Assembly: GCA_050010515.1 (NCBI GenBank)
Contig: JBEKKX010000028.1
Coordinates: 1-31,320 of the forward strand
Direction: 5' to 3'
Length of the DNA: 31,320 nt
From: Candidatus Bathyarchaeia archaeon
GTDB lineage: Archaea; Thermoproteota; Bathyarchaeia; Bathyarchaeales; Bathycorpusculaceae
Made by a program: the position numbers and the translations under genes. A model generated the notes under the pieces. That model saw nothing but the letters and a program-made list of their open reading frames with translations. It had not been told where the DNA came from and did no database searches. This document shows positions 28,162 to 31,320 of the stretch, in pieces. Each line of letters opens with the position of its first letter. Position 1 is the first letter of the stretch.

Positions 28162-28947
28162 ATGGATACTTGGCGTTTACTGCCGCTTCAAACTGATAAT
28201 GCGTTTATGAATATGGCAATTGACGAGGCAATCTTAACGGCGCGAATCGCTGGGCAAGTGCCGAACACGCTTCGGTTTTATCGTTGGCAACCATCCACCG
28301 TAAGCATCGGCAAAAACCAGAACCCTGAAGACGAAATTTACCTTGACGCCTGCAAGCAGCTGGGTGTGGATGTGGTTAGGCGCATTAGTGGCGGCGGCAC
28401 CGTTTACCATGACTTTGAAGGCGAAGTCACCTACAGCGTAACCGCCAAAGCCGAAGCCTTAGGCACAGCAGACATCACCAGCGTTTACGCCAAAATTTAC
28501 GAGGCGATAAAGGATGCGCTTAGGCTTTTGGGAATAACAACCGACTTCAGCAGCGGCGACGCCAAAAACTGCCCGAACCTGACCGTTAACGGCAAAAAAA
28601 TCTCAGGAAGCAGCCAAACCATAACCCGAGGTGTTATCTTGCAGCACGGCACGGTGTTGCGGAGTGTTGATTTGCCCAAAATGTTTACGCTTCTAAAACT
28701 AAAAAACGCCAGTTACACTCAAGCCGCTGACATTGCAAAGCGTAAAATCACCAGCATACAAAACGAGTTAGGCCACGCTGTTATGCCTGATACGGTTGCT
28801 AATGCGCTGGCTCAGGGTTTTAGGGCTATGTTGAAGATTCAGCTTGAACCTGGCGAGTTAACGGCTTACGAGGTGGAGCTTGCAAATAAGCTCTGCAAAG
28901 AAAAGTACGGTAGTCAAGAGTGGAATTTTGAGGGCAAAACCGTTTAA
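28162..28947 (+). CDS. Lipoate-protein ligase A / LipM family catalytic domain
   Basis: NMAIDEAIL, LRFYRW, VVRRISGGGTVYHD, GKKISGS, LQHGT motifs; start at ATG 28162 because the upstream extension overlaps hicB; no C-terminal LplB-like domain. Confidence 0.9.
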   Translation: MDTWRLLPLQTDNAFMNMAIDEAILTARIAGQVPNTLRFYRWQPSTVSIGKNQNPEDEIYLDACKQLGVDVVRRISGGGTVYHDFEGEVTYSVTAKAEALGTADITSVYAKIYEAIKDALRLLGITTDFSSGDAKNCPNLTVNGKKISGSSQTITRGVILQHGTVLRSVDLPKMFTLLKLKNASYTQAADIAKRKITSIQNELGHAVMPDTVANALAQGFRAMLKIQLEPGELTAYEVELANKLCKEKYGSQEWNFEGKTV

Positions 28948-30368
28948 GCTTTTTCTTTATGCCACCTTACGCCTTGCGCTGTATCCTCAAGTATGATGCC
29001 CATTGCCTTAAGCTGCGCTCTTATGGCGTCGGCTTCTTTCCAGTTCTTGGCTTTTCGGGCTTCCTCACGCTTCTGCACTAACGCGTCAATGCCAGCAGGC
29101 AGGGCTTCTTCTACTTCCACTTTGCCAATAACACCTAATACCTCATCTATCCACATCATCAAACCGCCAACATCTGCCGCTTCCGACTTGCTTACCATGC
29201 CTGCATCAAGCAGGTTGTTGACGTCCCGCACGAAATCAAACAAGGACGCCAACGCTATCCCAATGTCCAAATCATCATCCAGTGAGCCGCCAAAGCATGC
29301 CTCAAGCTTTGCAGTTAAAACGGCGACTTTTCCCTTGCTATCCTTACCCTCAGTGTCATGCAAGCGCCGAACAAAGTTCCTTAGCCTATCCACTGCGCCT
29401 TTTGCGGATTCTAAGCCTTCAAAAGTAAAGTTGAACTGCTGCCGATAATACGTAGACATCAGCAAGTACCTGATTGCAATCGGATCATAACCCTTAGAAA
29501 GCAACTCGCGGAGCGTGTAGAAATTGCCGAAGCGCTTGGCCATTTTTTTGCCTTCAACAAGCAAATGCTCATTATGCAACCAGTAATTCACAAATTTCTT
29601 ACCTGTCGCAGCCTCGCTTTGCGCAATCTCGTTCTCATGATGCGGAAACATGTTGTCTACTCCGCCGCAGTGAATGTCGAAGGTTTCGCCAAGATACTTC
29701 ATGCTCATAGCGGAGCACTCGATGTGCCAGCCGGGTCTGCCTTTGCCAAGCTCAGTCTCCCAAAACACGTCGCCGTCTTCTGGCGTCCAAGCTTTCCATA
29801 GGGCAAAGTCTTGGGCTTCTTCTTTGGTGTATTCGTCTTGGCTTACTCTTGCGCCCGCCTTGAGCTCGGCAGGTTTGATTTTTGAGAGTTTGCCGTAATC
29901 TGGGAATTTGCTTATGGCGTAGTAGATTGAGCCGTCTTCGCCGCGGTAAGCGTAGCCTTTAGCCATCAAAGTTTTGATTAAAGCAACCATCTCAGGAATA
30001 TGCTCAGTAGCTCTAGGGTAAACATCCGCGGGTTCAATGTTTAAGGCTTTGATATCTTCAAAGAACGCTTTCACGTAAAAATCGGTGTACTGCTTAAGAG
30101 GCACCTGCTGCTTTTGGCTGCCCTTGATGGTTTTATCATCGATGTCCGTTAGGTTCATGACGTGGTTAACTTTGAAGCCTCGGTGCACAAGCCAACGCTT
30201 CAGCAAATCCTCAAACAGAAAAGCCCTGAAATTGCCGATATGAGCATAATCGTAAACCGTGGGGCCGCACGTGTACATTTTCACTTTGCCTGCTTCCAAC
30301 GGCTTAAAAACTTCTTTCTTACGCGTTAAAGTATTAAAAAAGCAAATACTCGCTTGACTCGCTGTCAT
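28944..30368 (-). CDS. cysS: Cysteine--tRNA ligase
   Basis: [41 protein letters not shown] motifs; KMAKR in place of KMSKS. Confidence 0.97.
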   Translation of the reverse strand: MTASQASICFFNTLTRKKEVFKPLEAGKVKMYTCGPTVYDYAHIGNFRAFLFEDLLKRWLVHRGFKVNHVMNLTDIDDKTIKGSQKQQVPLKQYTDFYVKAFFEDIKALNIEPADVYPRATEHIPEMVALIKTLMAKGYAYRGEDGSIYYAISKFPDYGKLSKIKPAELKAGARVSQDEYTKEEAQDFALWKAWTPEDGDVFWETELGKGRPGWHIECSAMSMKYLGETFDIHCGGVDNMFPHHENEIAQSEAATGKKFVNYWLHNEHLLVEGKKMAKRFGNFYTLRELLSKGYDPIAIRYLLMSTYYRQQFNFTFEGLESAKGAVDRLRNFVRRLHDTEGKDSKGKVAVLTAKLEACFGGSLDDDLDIGIALASLFDFVRDVNNLLDAGMVSKSEAADVGGLMMWIDEVLGVIGKVEVEEALPAGIDALVQKREEARKAKNWKEADAIRAQLKAMGIILEDTAQGVRWHKEKA

Positions 30369-30498
30369 ATCTATGCACGAAGAAAATACAATAGCCGAAA
30401 TTATTTAAGCATTCACATGCTTCACGCGTCCAGTGTTTTGAGCATGCTTCCTGACCTGTAGCCTTCCAAATTAACTGTCACTAGAAGCTAAATGTACG

Positions 30499-30741
30499 TT
30501 AACTTGTCGTGTCAATTAGAAGGCTTATCCTATTTTGTAATAGGTCAACCAGTTTCTTTGTGTCTTCGATATAGGTAAGTGTTAGTTTGAGGGTTTTTTC
30601 ATTGGTTTTGCACGTTGTGAAATTGAATTTTGCGTTTGCGGTTATTATGGCGATTTCATCTTTGATTCCTTCAAACATGCGTTCGATTTCTCTTTCTTTG
30701 AACTCTGTCCTTTTTCCAGAGGACTGTTTGTCAGTTTCCAT
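30499..30741 (-). CDS. Hypothetical protein (80 aa)
   Basis: ATG preceded by GGGGTG RBS-like site; occupies otherwise free space; no recognisable motif. Confidence 0.5.
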   Translation of the reverse strand: METDKQSSGKRTEFKEREIERMFEGIKDEIAIITANAKFNFTTCKTNEKTLKLTLTYIEDTKKLVDLLQNRISLLIDTTS

Positions 30742-30758
30742 TTTTACACCCCGAATGC

Positions 30759-30827
30759 AGTAACACAGTTTAACAAAAAAGTAACACTTATATTTAAGAG
30801 TAACACTTTTTTAAGAAAAGGTGTTAC
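30759..30827. promoter_or_regulatory. Operator-like GTAACAC array in a divergent promoter region
   Basis: GTAACAC at 30760, 30781 and 30800; inverted GTGTTAC at 30821; TATA-like ttatatttaa between them. Confidence 0.6.
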
Positions 30828-30851
30828 CGTTAATTTGGAGGAAAAACGAAT

Positions 30852-31211
30852 ATGCCATATTTCAGCACTCGAGAAATAGCTACGATAGCAATTATAGCAG
30901 CATTATGGGGAGCTATGAATGACACTGTTCTCCCAATCTTCTTCACTATATTCAATGGCATCCCATTTCTGTGCGAAATGGTAGCGTTAACCGCTTTAAT
31001 CCTAGTCGTAGGTTTGACAAGAAAATTTGGAGCAGCAACAGCCACAGGATTAATTATGGTGCTTATTACTCTCATCGTCTACCCTTCCTCTACCTATATC
31101 CTGGGCTTCATGGCTGCCAGCGTAGTATTTGACATCGCAACAAGACTTGTGGGTTACCGCCTCATCATACGGGTCAAATCAAAGATAGGCGCCGCAGGCC
31201 TAATACAGTAG
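30852..31211 (+). CDS. ECF transporter S-component-like membrane protein, possibly C-terminally truncated
   Basis: GGAGG RBS; FSTREIATIAIIAAL and RKFGAAT..GL motifs typical of S-components; only 119 aa. Confidence 0.6.
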   Translation: MPYFSTREIATIAIIAALWGAMNDTVLPIFFTIFNGIPFLCEMVALTALILVVGLTRKFGAATATGLIMVLITLIVYPSSTYILGFMAASVVFDIATRLVGYRLIIRVKSKIGAAGLIQ

Positions 31212-31303
31212 TTCCGCAAGTAACTTTTCTTGCTTGATTTGACGGCACTGTAGAGTGATTTTAAATCTGGGAGGCATGCACAAGCACCAATCAGGTGACC
31301 CAG

Positions 31304-31320
31304 ATGAAACCAATAGCCCA
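31304..31320 (+). CDS. Possible start of a gene running off the window (MKPIA...)
   Basis: AGGTGA RBS-like site 5 nt before ATG; TTTTAAAT upstream; only 17 nt visible. Confidence 0.3.

Noticed and set aside
330-31075. Numerous 60-150 aa ORFs antisense to or inside confident genes
   Set aside because: Shadow ORFs without motifs or independent initiation signals

Overview
Archaeal chromosomal window. The gene set (TBP, Ard1-type acetyltransferase, Lhr helicase, Trm11-type methyltransferase, a Cren7-like protein) and the expanded secreted PQQ-like beta-propeller proteins suggest a TACK archaeon, probably Bathyarchaeia (inference). Positions 1-8.3 kb form an accessory cassette: two paralogous membrane-anchored PQQ-like beta-propeller surface proteins flank two double-domain Lrp/AsnC regulators. 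Each surface gene is followed by a near-identical ~146-nt non-coding element. This element has constant arms that close a bulge-helix-bulge-like stem, a variable core, and a loop complementary to the translation-start regions of the same surface-protein genes; it is the best candidate for an undescribed system. Positions 8.6-20.9 kb are mostly housekeeping: larA-family, ard1, pyrE, tbp, signal peptidase I, a 56-aa Cren7-like gene absent from the ORF track, lhr, an aKMT-like methyltransferase and rnz. Positions 21-25.4 kb hold a candidate 230-bp MITE and a ~1334-aa surface-protein gene split by a 1-nt frameshift. Positions 25.7-31.3 kb hold a Trm11-like gene, prs, an orphan HicB next to a probable Fic remnant, an LplA-like gene, cysS, and an operator-like repeat array upstream of a possibly truncated ECF S-component-like gene. 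I recognised no rRNA, tRNA or CRISPR array. All calls come from reading the sequence; no searches were run.
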